In this document: positions 1-12,960 of the stretch, one piece after another
How the letters are laid out: every line of letters starts with the position of its first letter
Position numbering within the stretch: position 1 is the stretch's first letter
Origin: Octopus vulgaris
Lineage: Eukaryota
Direction: 5' to 3'
NCBI GenBank assembly: GCA_951406725.2
Contig: OX597824.1
Location: 45,756,001-45,820,000 of the forward strand
Length of the DNA: 64,000 bases
Program-made: the position numbers and the translations under genes
The notes under the pieces: generated by a model
Database searches by the model: none
What the model was told of the DNA's origin: nothing
What the model saw: only the letters and a program-made list of their open reading frames with translations

Positions 1-659
1 GGTAGATTCAGCATGGCACAAGTGTGTGATAAGGCTGTATCTTTTTAATTACGGCTACAACCCGTCTGATGGGCTTCTATGCAGTTTCCATCAACTCAAT
101 TTCACTCACAAGGCATAAGTTGACCTTGAGCTGTAAAAAATTACATTTGCTCAAGATGCCATGCAGTGGGATCGAACCTGGGTCCTTGTACTTGCAAAAC
201 ACTTCTTAAGGCCCTCATGCTTTCCGAAATCCGTCGAAACTACACCTGATTATGTATGCACTTTAGATGAGTTGTAGTGCACCTGAGCACTGTACACAAT
301 GTTTATTATTATTATTATTATCATACTGCACCTTCACAGTTTTGTATATCATTAAGATAATCGATAGACAGACTCAGTGTGACAAACCAGTCCCTTTGAA
401 TTACATTAGGGTTCATCCAATAAGTCTTAATGATTTCTAGCTATTCAATTTCACTCACAAGGCTTGGGTCAATCCAAGGTTATGATAATAGACACATGCT
501 CAAGATGCCACTCACTAAAATTGTACCAGGTATATCAAGGTTGCAATGCAATGCAATGCAAACTTCATCACAACCTGACCATATAAAAGTACTCCACCAA
601 TATAAACATATACACACATATAGACATGTGTGTGTATGTGTGTGTATACATTCTTTCAT

Positions 660-894
660 TCTTTTATTCTTTTACTTGTTTCAGTCATTTGATTGCGACC
701 ATGCAGGAGCACTGACCTAAATGGTTTTAGTCAATGAGGTCAACCCCTGGACTTATTCTTTGTAAGCATAGTACTTATTCTATTGGTGTCTTTTGCCAAA
801 CCGCAAAATTATGGGGACATAAACACAGCAACATTGGTTGTCAAACGATGGTGGGGCACAAACAAGGACACAAAGACATACTGACATAACTATA

Positions 895-938
<44 letters not shown>

Positions 939-1098
939 GCTTCTTTTCAGTTTCCATCTACCAAATCCATTCATAAGGCTTTTGTCAGCCTGAGGCTATA
1001 GTAGGAGATACTTGCCTGAGGTATCATGCAGTGGGACTGAACCTGAAACCATGTGGTTAGGAAGCAAGCTTTTTACTATTCAGCCAGGCCTCTGCCTA
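660..1098 (-). mobile_element. tRNA-derived SINE, family S1 (CORE-like body, internal microsatellite)
   Basis: Minus strand shows an A/B-box-like head (GGTTCAGTCCCACTGC), a GGCAAGTATCTCC body, (TA)n and a tail ending ACAAGTAAAAAGA. Homologous copies at about 2790-2938, 4318-4483, 4905-5380, 10388-10538, 20670-21060, 26460-26910, 28210-28715, 40030-40480, 46810-47215, 51590-52020, 54620-54740, 58500-58660, 63310-63435. Confidence 0.85.
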
Positions 1099-1277
1099 TA
1101 TATGAAGAATCGGTGACCTTCTGTTTGCCTGTGTATTTAGTATATGATCATTTGTATAATTACTATACGTTTTTTTAATTATATATATATAGGTAAGTCA
1201 TATTTTCCATTTGTTGTCTCTTTATCTAATCCTGAATATATGTATATACATATATATATATACATATATATATATTC

Positions 1278-1341
<64 letters not shown>

Positions 1342-1431
1342 TGAATCCAAACAAAGAAGAACAAACAAGAAAAAACAACAATGCGAGGATGTGGTATATC
1401 CAAATTTTAGAAATGGAGTAGATAAAATCCA

Positions 1432-1515
1432 GGCTACATATGTTTCATAGTTAGCAGAACCTTGGAAGTAGTAATTACCCAAATGAAGGGTACTCCACTA
1501 GCTACTTATCAGGCC
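1432..1515 (-). ncRNA. Type I hammerhead ribozyme-like motif, long stem II, G8A core change
   Basis: Minus strand: GGC-CUGAUAA-GUAGCUAG-(long loop)-CUAACUAU-GAAAC-AUAU-GUA-GCC. Stem I GGC/GCC; palindromic ACAUAUGU stem III. Confidence 0.7.
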
Positions 1516-1605
1516 AATGATACCTTGGTCAAATGAAGGTTACATTGTCATCAAGGGATCCCATGTTAACTTGCAGAATATTTGATCAAAAATGCATGTA
1601 AAGCA

Positions 1606-1636
<31 letters not shown>

Positions 1637-1659
1637 TGTATGTATGTATGTATGTATGT

Positions 1660-1811
1660 AGTTCAAATTTACAGAAAGCAGAAGTCGAAGACAGGTGTAG
1701 GAACAACAAGCAGGTTTATTAGTTTAACTCTCAGGAAAAATGGAAAGGTCTTTTATATTTTAAGCTTACACTCTTTGACAGAAAGGGTTAATAGGAAAAA
1801 TGGTGTAAGAG
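1660..1811 (-). mobile_element. Decayed copy of hammerhead-bearing short element, family A
   Basis: Reverse complement aligns by eye with 21515-21690 (TTTCTGTCAAAGAGTGTAAGCTTAAAATATAAAAGAC versus TTTCTGTCGAAGAGCGTAGGCTCGAAACGTAAAAGAC); flanked by microsatellites. Confidence 0.65.
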
Positions 1812-1834
1812 TGTATATATGTATATATATATAT

Positions 1835-2085
1835 CGCCAGCTTCGTCTGGCACCTGTGTCGGTGGCACATAAAAACACCATCCGAGCGTGGCCGTTCGCC
1901 AGCCTCGTCTGGCACATAAAATCACCCACTACACTCTCGGAGTGGTTGGCGTTAGGAAGGGCATCCAGCTGTAGAAACACTGCCAGATCTGACTGGCCTG
2001 GTGCAGCCTTCGGGCTCCCCAGACCCCAGTTGAACCGTCCAACCCATGCTAGCATGGAAAGCGGACGTTAAATGATGATGATGAT
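1835..2085 (+). mobile_element. Young RTE-LINE 3' end (5'-truncated copy or RTE-tailed SINE) with (ATG)n tail
   Basis: GGAAGGGCATCCAGCTGTAGAAAC...CCATGCTAGCATGGAAAGCGGACGTTAAATGATGATG; CpG-rich and nearly identical to 24646-24910. The same tail is physically joined to RTE ORF sequence at 54738-55965. Confidence 0.85.
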
Positions 2086-2088
2086 ATT

Positions 2089-2157
<69 letters not shown>

Positions 2158-2242
2158 GTATATGTATGTATGTATATATATGTATGTATGTATGTGTATG
2201 TATGTATGTATGTATGTATGTATGTATGTATATGTATGTATG

Positions 2243-2284
<42 letters not shown>

Positions 2285-2345
2285 TGTCTGTCTCTCTCTC
2301 TTAATCTATCTACATTTGTACATATATACATATCTATCTATCATC

Positions 2346-2377
<32 letters not shown>

Positions 2378-2936
2378 ACAAATTAAAAAAGGTGGCTTAT
2401 TAGCCTTTATATATATATATCCATATATACACACATACATATATGCTTACTAGAAAGTGTTATATCACCTAACATGAAAGAAAAAAATTGATTTTCATTG
2501 AGAATTATTATATCTCTGATTATAGACCAGCACATTCAAATACTTGTGTGACATTTTTATTGATAGCTGTATACTTGTACACTTACATGAAGATTGCAGT
2601 GGTGCGAAACTTACATCACAAAGCAAACTCTCAGATTCAGTTTCAAAATCAAAATATCATATTCTGTACAACATGTATTGAGCACTCCTCTCTCATTTGT
2701 CTGACATAAGCTAACGTGTGTGTGTATATCCCTCTCTCTCTTTCGGAGAGGCACTGAGCAGCTATACGCACACATACACACACGGCAGTAACTTCCACCT
2801 ACCGAATTCAATCACAAAGCTCTGGTCAGCTCGGGGCTATAGCAGAAGACACCTACCCAAAGTGCCACGCAGTGGGACTGAACCCGAAACCATGTAGCTA
2901 GGAAGCAAGCTCCCTAACCACACAGCCATGCCCGCA

Positions 2937-2969
<33 letters not shown>

Positions 2970-3519
2970 ACATCATCATCATCATCATCATCATTGTTTA
3001 ATGTCCATCTTCCATGCATGCATGGGTAGAATGGTTCACAGGAGCTGGCCAGGTAGAAAAACTACCCTATGCTACTGTCTGTTTAGGCGGGGTTTTTACA
3101 ACTGGATGCCCTTCCTAACACGAACTACTCTGCAGAGTGTACTCACTGCTTTTTGCGTGGCGCTGGCACAGGTGAGGTTAGTTTTGACATGATTTTTACA
3201 GCTGGATGCCCTTCCAAATGCCAACCACTTTACAGTATGGACTTGATGCTTTTTTATATATGTATCTTTGACTGCAGCCATGCTAGGGCACCGCCTTGAA
3301 GAAAATTTTAGTTGAATGAATCAACCCCAGTACTTTCTTTTTAGGCCTGGTACTTATTCTATCAGTCTCTCTTGACAGATCACTAAGTTACGAGGATATA
3401 AACACACCAAAGCTGGTTGTCAAGCAGTGGTCGGGGACAAACAGAAAAAAAAAAGCTAAAGTTACCTTCTCCAGTCATGCTGACTCATAAAGGCTGGTTT
3501 TCTGGTTTCATAGCATATA

Positions 3520-4087
3520 TTTTGGGCTGTCTAGAAAGTTTGTGCCACTTTATAGTAACTTACCTTTCAACTTATTTTAGAACATGGTTGAGTCCATAAA
3601 ATAGGATTTGACTACACCTCAATTTAGAACACTGTTTAAGCTATCTTTTTGCAGAAGAAGGTTTATGTTCCTATAACCTGTGTTGATTTTGTAACCCTTT
3701 AAAATGGAAGATAAGAAAGTTCATTTTTGGCACTTGATGCTTTGGGAACCAGACAAAAATTGCTGCAGCTCAGCTGGGATGTGTTACCCCACCCTCTATA
3801 TTCACCAGATATTGCTCCTTTGGATTTCCACTTATTCAGGTCTCTGCAGAATAGTCTTAATGGTAAAAATTTAAATTCCTTGGATGATGTAAAAAGATAC
3901 CTTGATGAATTCTTTGCCATAAAATCACCTCAATTCTGGGAAGAGGGTATTTTCAAGTTAAAGGAAAGATGGAGACGCATTGTGCAACAAAATGGTTCAT
4001 TTTTGGTTGATTAAAAATGTAATGGCAAGTATTTATTGACCTTTTTCTTTCCTTTAAAAATCGGCATGAATTTTCCGGACAACTCAA
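3520..4087 (+). mobile_element. Internally deleted mariner DNA transposon with transposase C-terminus
   Basis: Imperfect TIRs (TTTGGGCTGTCTAGAAAGTTTGTGCC / GGCATGAATTTTCCGGACAACTCAA) flanked by TA. ORF 3727-4014 contains WDVLPHPLYSPDIAPLDFHLFRSL (mariner YSPDLAP(S)D motif). Inserted within a SINE (3445-3519 plus 4088-4255). Confidence 0.92.
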
Positions 4088-6807
4088 TATATTCTCCACC
4101 TCAACGGGACACCAGTCTGCCACAGGATTACTCATTTTTGCTGACTTATTGGACTGGAGCAATGTGAAATGAAGTGCTTTGCTCAAGATCACGAACACAC
4201 ACAGGAATTGAAACCACAAACTTATGATCATGAATCTAACACTGTAACCACTAAGATACACACCATCACATGGACAAATACATTACGCAAAGACACACAC
4301 ACATTGATATATATATCTGATAGGCTTCCAGCAGTTTCTGCCTACGGAATCCATTCACAAGACAAGGCTATGATTGGCCTGAGGCTGTAGTGGAGAACAC
4401 TTGCCCAAGGTGCCATACAGTGGGATTGAATGTGGAACCATGCAGTTGAGAAACAAGCTTCTTACCAGCATACAGCCATGCCTATACACACACACATACA
4501 CACACGCACACGTACCTACATACGTACATATATATGTATGTATGTATGTATGTATGAATCCTAATCATGTTGATTAATGGCTTAACATTCATCTTTTCAT
4601 GTCTGCATGTGTCAAAACAACAGATCACTCCTACTAGTAAACACTCACACATCTACATTCACACATACATACACACATAGGCATAAGTCTAGTTCTCAGA
4701 CAGACTAAACACAGATCCTGGAGAGTGAGGGTATATCATTGGTAAATGTCTCTGACAAAGTAAACTAACAACTGACTGATTGTTCAATTAACACATTAAT
4801 CAAATCATTGGGTAGTTAGTTGGTATATTAAAGAATTGGTACTGAACAAGTGCATATGTTTGTTTTAATCTTTATTAGCATAGTGACCCTACCTAGACAC
4901 AATGAGATCTTTTACTTGTTTCAGTCATTAGACTGCAGCCATGCTGGGGCACTGCCTCGAAGAATATTTTGTTGAATCAATTAACATGAGTATTTTATTT
5001 TTTTAAGCATGGTACTTATTCAATTGGTCCCTTTTGCTGAACCACTAAGTTATGGGCACATAAACACACCAACAGCAGTTGTCAAGTGGTGGGGTGGGGG
5101 ACAAAGGCAGACACAAAGACAGAAACACACACACACATGCATGTATGCACACACACGTACACACACACACGCATGCACGTACACACACACATACACAGAC
5201 AGACAGACAGCTAGCTAGATACGATGGTTTCTTTTGGTTTCCATCTACCAAATCCACTCACAAGGCTTTGGTCAGTCTGAGGCTATAGTGGAAGACACCC
5301 AAGGTGCCATGCAGCAGGAACGAACCCAGAACCATGTGGTTGAGAAGCAAGCTTCTTGCCACACAGCCATACCTGCACCTATATGTGTGTGTGTGTTCAC
5401 ATGTGCATAAATGCATATATTCATGTATGTGAGTGCATGTATACATGTGTGTGTGTGTAAGAGAGTGAGAGAAACATTGTTTATATAATTAGTATTTTAC
5501 CCAAGTATGTGAAACTTTGAAGCAATGTATTTACAAATTCACACAATACTAAGCATGCTAATATTTCAACTCAGCCAGCTCCTTCATATTAGTATAGTTT
5601 GTCTTTATCAATGTCTAGTCTGGCTCTATTTACATATATAAACTCCTTAATTCTTGTATGGATTTCAGTTACTCTCTGCAACCATGATGTGGCGCCATTC
5701 TTAAGGGTTTTAGTCAATTATACCATCCCAGTTACCTCAAGTGCTAATGTTATCTCATTTTAAGAAGTAAATACCACAAGAAATTAACATAAACATACTC
5801 ATATACACAAACATTAAGATACATAAACACACATATACATACTCATATGTGGAGGGAAATGGAAAATGAGAGAAACTGAGAGACTGACAAAGATGTGTGT
5901 GAGGTATTGGCAGAAGTTACAGAGGTTGTGTATATAGTAATAAGTAGGAGGAGGGAGAGGAGGAGGAGGAGGAGCTGCCAAATTCTCTGAGTAATATGGC
6001 CAAGAATAAAAGAGAAGATGAAAGAAAACTCGGGTGGAACAAGTGAAGGTTGCAAGAGCATAACCCTTTCCCACCCACCTCAATCATCATAATTCAGAAA
6101 GACAGATGAAGGAGTAGTTATTAATTTCATATGGGCTTTAGAATAGTTGAATATTTTCCATTATAATAATAGGCAAACTGGTAGAATCATTAGTATGTTG
6201 GACAAAATGTTTGGGGAGCATTTCTTCTGGATCTTTACAGTCATTATCATCATCATCATTTAGAGTCCATTTTTCATGCTAACATGGGTAAAACAGTTTG
6301 ACTGGAGTTGGTAAACTGGAGAGCTGCACTGGGATCCATTTGTCTATTTTGGCTTGATTTCTACAGCTGGATGCCCTTCCTAATGTCAGCCACCTCACAG
6401 AGTGTACTAGGTGCCTCTCACATATCACTGGCATGGGTGCCATTTACTTGTCACTGGCACAGGTGCCTTTTATATGTCACTGGTATGAGTGCCTTTCACA
6501 TGTCACTGGCACTGGCTGTAACTACAATACTTCTTTGCTTGATGTTTTTTCTCAAACACAGCAAATTGCCAAAAGTTTTGGTCTCTTGTCATCACCTCTG
6601 TGAGTCTCAACATCAAAAGATCAAACATTTGAAGATCATTCCAACTTCAAATTCTGCCACCAAGGTTGACTTTGCCTTTCATCTTTTCAGGGTTGATAAA
6701 ATAGGTTCCAATTAATGAAGTCAGTAGAGTCAATATAATCAACTAGTACATGCCTCTTAAAATTGCTAGCCTGCCACCAAATTTGAAACAATTATAGTAG
6801 TAATGAG

Positions 6808-7110
6808 CTTATTGTATATAGTGCTCAAGTGCATTAAAGCTCATTGGAAAAGGTTAAAAAAAAGCATTCAGAAAACAACAAGTCAAGTAAAGAAAGAAAG
6901 CATTGATAACTTAAAGTACATGCACAGTAAATAAAATAAAACCCAAAATAACAGAAAAGTGAACAATAAAATATCCATAAAGAAGAATGGTGCTGAGGTT
7001 CATCAGGAGTAGTGTTGAAAAGTTTGAGGAAGCATGGAATGTTTGAAGGATACAGTGTCCTGACAGCTAACAACTGGCTAAAGTTGTTTATTCCAAGCTT
7101 CAACAATTCT
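6808..7110 (-). mobile_element. CR1/L2-group LINE 3' end fragment
   Basis: Minus strand reads roughly VEAWNKQL..VVSCQDTVSFK, like the CR1 ORF2 C-terminal WN.LP..VV....FK motif; second copy at about 57695-58005. Confidence 0.55.
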
Positions 7111-7270
7111 AAGTATCTTTTATCATTAATCTTTTACCTGTTTTAGTTTATTTTATTTTTTTAAAGCCTAGTGCTTATTCTATTGGTTTCTTTTTGCTAA
7201 GTTACTGGAATCTAAGCAAACCAACACCAGTTGTCAAGCAGTGGTAGGTGACAAATGCAAAGGTGCGCAT

Positions 7271-7305
<35 letters not shown>

Positions 7306-7489
7306 TATATATATATATATATATATATCATCGCCCTTTTCAAGCCTAGCCGGGTTCATGGGCCCGATTTCTTGGTTTCTGTGGCGTATGTGTTCCCCCC
7401 AGCTGGATGGGACACCAGTCCTTCACAGCATTACTCAAGAAAAAGGAAGAGAGAGCAAGAGAAAGTTGTGGTGAAAGAGTACAATATAG

Positions 7490-10270
7490 GGAGGGACAGC
7501 CATCTTTATCCATGACTCCTTCTCACTTGATGCCAAGGACATATTTTCCAATGGCTATTGTGAATCTGTATCACTATTCAGCAAGGCCAAGGACATAGTC
7601 ATTGTTGGTCTTTACAGGCCTCCCCAAGCACCTTTAAAGTGCTTTGAAGAGTGCCTTAGCAAAGTCAAGTCCTTCCTTTGGAAGTACCACTCCGGAAACA
7701 TACTAGTGATGGGTGATTTTAACCTCCCTCATGTGAACTGGCCCACAAATACTCTAAAGTTAGGCAAGTGCTCTACATCAGATAGAGCAGCAGCGGAACT
7801 GCTCTTTAATCTAATGGATGAATACTTCCTGACTCAGCTGACTCAACGAGACAGAATAAAACGATCTTGGATCTGGTATTGACCAATCACTCTAGCTTTG
7901 TTCACAGTATTTCAGTTGAAAAAACTCTCCTCTCAGATCACGACATGGTACTCTGCAATTTCAATTCCCGACATATAAAAACCAAACCAGCCAATCCCAC
8001 TCCATGGCACTCATTTGATAACATAAACTTCCACACAGTGAACTGGGGAGCAATCAGAAAGGATCTGTCTTTCATCGACTGGTCTTTTACTCTCAATTCC
8101 ACCATGGCAGCACTTTGAAAACATTGTCACATATACATGCTCTAAACACACTCCCACGAAATCTACTAACGCAAACAGAAATTGGCTCCCTAAAAAGAAG
8201 AAAACACTCATCAGGCGCATCAAAAGACTTAACAAAAAAATCAACCAATTAAAATATTCCCACAAACAACATCCACGTTCAACAACAATGAAAAGGCTAG
8301 AGCTGGAAAAACTTCATCTGCAGAACGACCTGAAAACCTCCATTGAAAATCAAAGAGCTGCGGAGGAACAGTGGGTAATCAAAAACATCAAACAGAACCC
8401 AAAAGTGTTCTATTCCTATGCAAATAAGCATAGAACCACTGTCTCACCCATTGGGCCATTGATTGATGCTAACGGCATTCCCCAACACGATGCTAAAGAA
8501 ATGGCAGAAATACTGCAGAAACAATACTGCTCTGTCTTTAGTGTTCCCACTGATATTGACGTAAGAGAAGCAAACGAAGTTGACCCCCAACATAAAATCT
8601 CAGACATAACCTTCACTCCCACTGACATCGTAGCAGCAATAAATGAGGTCAAATACTACTCTGCTGTAGGCCCTGATAGATTCCCCGCTAGTCTCCTGAA
8701 GGAATGTAGACACCAACTTGCAGTCCCTCTGACCAACCTCTGGAGAAATTCGTTAGATGCAGGTTATATACCAAAACAGTTTCTATCCCAGTCAGTCATC
8801 CCGGTTTTCAAACAGGGAAACAGATCCCTCGCACTCAACTATCGCCCAATCTCACTCACCTCCCACATCATCAAAGTGTTTGAAAGAGTGTTAAGATCAA
8901 GGATGGCTGACTTCCTGGAGACCCAGAAACTCCTAAATGCAAATCAACATGGCTTTCGCTGTGGCAGGGACTGTCTAACACAGCTCTTGCACCACATTGA
9001 AGATGTACTCAAAGCCTTGGGAACAGGTCCGAACTCTGATGTCTATATCTTCACTTCAGTAAAGCGTTCGACAGGGTAGACCATAATATCCTACTCTCAA
9101 AATTGGCAAATGTTGGAATCCGTGGAAAAGTTCTACACTGGATCAAGTATTTCCTGGAGGATAGAACACAACATGTTGTAGTTGATGGAGTTCACTCAAG
9201 CCCAGCAAAAGTCACCAGCGGTGTCCCCCAGGGGACTGTCTTGGGTCCGCTACTCTTCATAATCTACATAAACGACCTTTCCAGTGTCGTACATTACTGC
9301 AAAGTGAAAATATTTGCTGATGACACCAAGCTCCAGCAAATCGTCAATGAAGAAGCAGACCGAACTCAACTCCAGTCTGATCTGTATGCTGTGAGTCAAT
9401 GGGCAGACAGAAACAAAATGCAACTGAACGAGGGAAAATTTGAGCTGATGCATTTTGGAAGAAACTCCTCACTAAAGCAGCCATACTCTCTTCCTTCAGG
9501 GGAACCGCTCACAGCCTCTAACAATATCAGAGACCTGGGTGTAATTGTTGATGACGATCTCAGTTGGAGTGCACACATCAACAAGAAGGTCGATATAGCT
9601 CATAGGATGAGTTCCTGGATCTTAAGAACTTTCCGGTCCAGAGAACAAGGTGTCATCATACCACTTTTTTCCTCCTTTGTACGGCCACACCTTGAATACT
9701 GCTGCCCACTGTGGTCTCCTCACACAAGACAAAACATCTCCAGAATTGAGTCATCCCAGAGGGCACTCACTAAACGAATTGAAGGCATGGCTGCTCTCGA
9801 TTATTGGGATGTGGAAAATATACCGCCAACTTTGCCCAAACGACCTAAACATTAGCTTCAAGGTTCATCCAAGACTTGGACCACAGGCTATACGTCCCCT
9901 GCCCAATTCAAGATCACAACATACATGTACACTGCAACATAATTTCTTTTCCTCAACAGGCCCTGCCCTATTTAACATTGTCCCGAGAGAGATCAAAGAG
10001 GAAAAGGATCCCATCAACTTTAAACAGAGTCTGGATAGATTCCTTCAAAGAATACCAGATAAGCCACCCATAATTGGATACAACTCACCCAACAAGAACT
10101 CACTACTTGAACAAAACTGGATACAACTCACCCAACAACAACAAGAACTCACTACTTGAACAAAACTTGACTTAAACAGGATTCGAATAATCCTATCAAG
10201 TGGTGCTATTAAGTTAGACATGGCCTGGACCAATCTTTGGTTGAAACATATCTAAGTTTATCTAAGTTTA
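7490..10270 (+). mobile_element. 5'-truncated CR1-group LINE (ORF2 endonuclease-RT pseudogene)
   Basis: Endonuclease motifs GLYRPP, VMGDFNLP, LDLVLTN, LSDH; RT motifs NYRPISLTS, QHGFR, FSKAFDRVDH, SGVPQGTVLGPLLF, FADDTKL, RPHLEYCCPLWSP. Frameshifts near 7850, 8100 and 9050 and a deletion near 9810; tail of (ATCTAAGTTT)x2. Confidence 0.95.
8288..9855 (+). pseudogene. Frameshifted reverse transcriptase ORF2 of the CR1-group LINE
   Basis: ORFs 8288-9079 and 9103-9855 join through a frameshift near 9050 (DVYI / LHFSKAFDRVDH). Confidence 0.9.
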
Positions 10271-10276
10271 TATATA

Positions 10277-10319
<43 letters not shown>

Positions 10320-10805
10320 TAAGGGTGGCTTATTAGAACCTTTTCAACCAGAAGGCAAAAGTATATTTGTCACTAAAGTGACCAAGAGGACGAGCTTCTT
10401 ATAGCTTCTGTCAACCAAATCCTTCATGAGGCTTTGGTCCACCTGAAGTTATTGTAGAAGACACTTGCCCAAAGTGTCACACAGTGGGACTGAACCTGGA
10501 ACCATTTGGTTGGGAAGCTAAATACTTAGCTGTGCCTATGAAGAATGTTTTGAAAAGTCATAGGTATTACACTGTCTTTTGATTTATAAGTGTATTCATG
10601 GATGATAGAACTATTAAACTCAAAAAAGTAGCCAAAATTGTTGTTGAAAATATGGTGAATAATTTTGAGGGCTTCTACAAAGTCAGCTGCTTCATGTCAA
10701 ATCTCTGTTTAGTCTTATAGTTTATATTGATGGGGTTGTGAATAGGACAAAAAGTCTCTGATAGAGAAAACTAACAACTGGTTGATTGTTCAGTCAACAC
10801 ATTAA

Positions 10806-11025
10806 CCCTTTCATTACCAATCCGGCTGAAACCACCTCTGGCTCTGAGTACAAATATCTTGTTTTCATAAGTTTTGAATTAAAATCTTCCACCAAACCTT
10901 TGTCACAATTTATGTTCCTAACACTAGTTTAATAATAACCAAGTTATTTTACTAAATTCTTTGTCATATTTAAAGTAATTGAAAGAAACACAGCGCATCT
11001 CAGAATAAATACAGTAACAAAAGGG
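10806..11025. mobile_element. piggyBac-type MITE (~220 bp)
   Basis: TTAA at 10802-10805 and 11026-11029; TIRs CCCTTTCATTAC / GTAACAAAAGGG; paralogous empty site at about 4760-4810. Confidence 0.85.
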
Positions 11026-11698
11026 TTAAACAAATGAATGTGTTGGGTTTTTTCCTTTTTTTCTTTCCTCAATAAGAAAATTAAGATTTGACTGCTGTGT
11101 CTTAACAAGAAGAGGTATCACAATGATGCTCTCCTATTGGCTTTTGACAACACTAGTTTTCACCAATCTATATCATCATCACCCTCATTATCACCATCGT
11201 CGTCATCATCATCATCATCATCACTTTATGTCCTCTTTCAATGTTGGCATGGCTTGGAGTGGTTGTCCACAAACTGATCCACTTGTTTGAAGCCACTTCT
11301 CTCCTAAACGGATTAAGAAACAAAGTCTCATTTCTACATTTCCTTTAGGTCTTTAGTTTCTCCAGCTGGTGGCCCTTCCCATCACCAACCACTTTACAAA
11401 AGGAACTATGTGTATTTTATCATTGCAACAGAACTAGAGAGATCCCTGTGTTTATTACAAGGCTAAAGAGTCCTCTTGACATCATGTCTACTCTCCTTTG
11501 TCAACCACTTTACATAGGTGTGTGTATGTGTCTCTATATGTATGCATGTATGTGCATGTACTTGCGTGTATGAATTATATTGATATATATACGTATGTTG
11601 TATATGTGTGTGTAGGTGTGTATATTTGTGTGTGTAAATATGTAAATATCTATGCATATATATATGTATGTGCATTTGTGTGTGTGTGTGCGCGCGCA

Positions 11699-11730
<32 letters not shown>

Positions 11731-12194
11731 TGTGTGTACACGCCAGCATGGAAGGCGGATGTTAAAAACGATGATGAGGATGATGATGATGATGATGATG
11801 ATGACGATGATGCTCAAACACCCTCTCATCAACATTACTGTTTACTGTTTCTGTTTCATCCAGGAAGCATTTCTCTTTATTTTCTCAACCCATATCAAGA
11901 AACAAACATTTCTATCAAATAACTGAGTTTCTGTACTTGCGAAATATGAGACACTTTCTTTCTATTGGATATTTCTTCTGGATACAGCTGGTAGCACTTA
12001 AATCTCCATTGTGTGTATATATATATATATATGCACAATTCTCTCCTTTCACCAAGCGTCAAACTAATATCATTCTTGTGCATGTCATCATGTTCATTTT
12101 CTTTCTCTTTTTATCTCTTTTCATTTTTTTATTTGTCTTTTGAATTGTTTATTTGTTAAATTGACTCCATGTGTGTGTGTGTGTGCATCTATAT

Positions 12195-12545
12195 ATGTAT
12201 ATATATGTTCTGTTTGCTTGCTTCATGCTCTTGCTTGATGGGGCTGGGGTCATCCCAAGTTAGAGGTCCCAAAGATGTCGGCATGCATAGAGCTGACGAG
12301 GTCCACCATTGCTTTCCATCGCTGGCAGTCCCGTGCCAACCCAACTGCATCCTCCAGGGTGGTATCAAGCTTCTGGAGATCTTCCCCAATCACATCCAGC
12401 TATTTGGTGTGGAAGCTGCCACTAGGTCATTTCCAGCCCACAGTTGCTGCATTGAATCAGAGTAAAGCCCTGGTAGGATAATCTAGCAGAAGACAGAGGT
12501 CATGTTCATACCAGTACCTGCAACAGATAGCTATGAGGTAGAAGC
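12195..12545 (-). mobile_element. RTE-group LINE 3' end, second family
   Basis: Minus strand GWK*PSG...LDVIGEDLQKLDTTLEDAVGLARDCQRWKAMV resembles an RTE ORF C-terminus; CAAG-rich tail. Confidence 0.6.
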
Positions 12546-12599
12546 TGTGAGTTTCCCACCTCATACACATATGTGTACATATATATATTTATTATCCTT

Positions 12600-12960
12600 G
12601 GTGGCTTCAAGCTTAAGGACAGAAGGATCCAGAGATGCAAGCTGGTATGGAAAATGGGGTTCTGGAAGTTCAAGAATCCTTCAGATAGACAGAAATTTAG
12701 AAATGTTCTTAATGAAGCATTTGATGAGGAGGAAGGGGTAGAGACATATGATATAGAGAACAACTGGAAGTTCCTACGGGACAATCTACTGAGGGCAACA
12801 GACCAAATCTATGGTTGGACTAAAGCATCTGCCAGACCAAGGGTGACATGGTAGTGAAACAGTGACATTGACAGGGCCATGAAAGAGAAGAATAGTAAAT
12901 GGAAAGAATAAAAAAGAGTGGGTAGCAAAGAATCATATCAGAAAACTAAAAGGGAAGCCT
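12600..12960 (+). mobile_element. Internal RTE LINE fragment (endonuclease-RT linker)
   Basis: WKFKNPSDRQKFRNVL...IENNWKFLRDNLLRATDQIYGWTK...RVTW; related fragment at 25725-25950. Confidence 0.7.

Noticed and set aside
6990-7015. CTGATGA on the minus strand
   Set aside because: No stem II followed by GAAA and no matching stem I; lies in a CR1-like 3' end.
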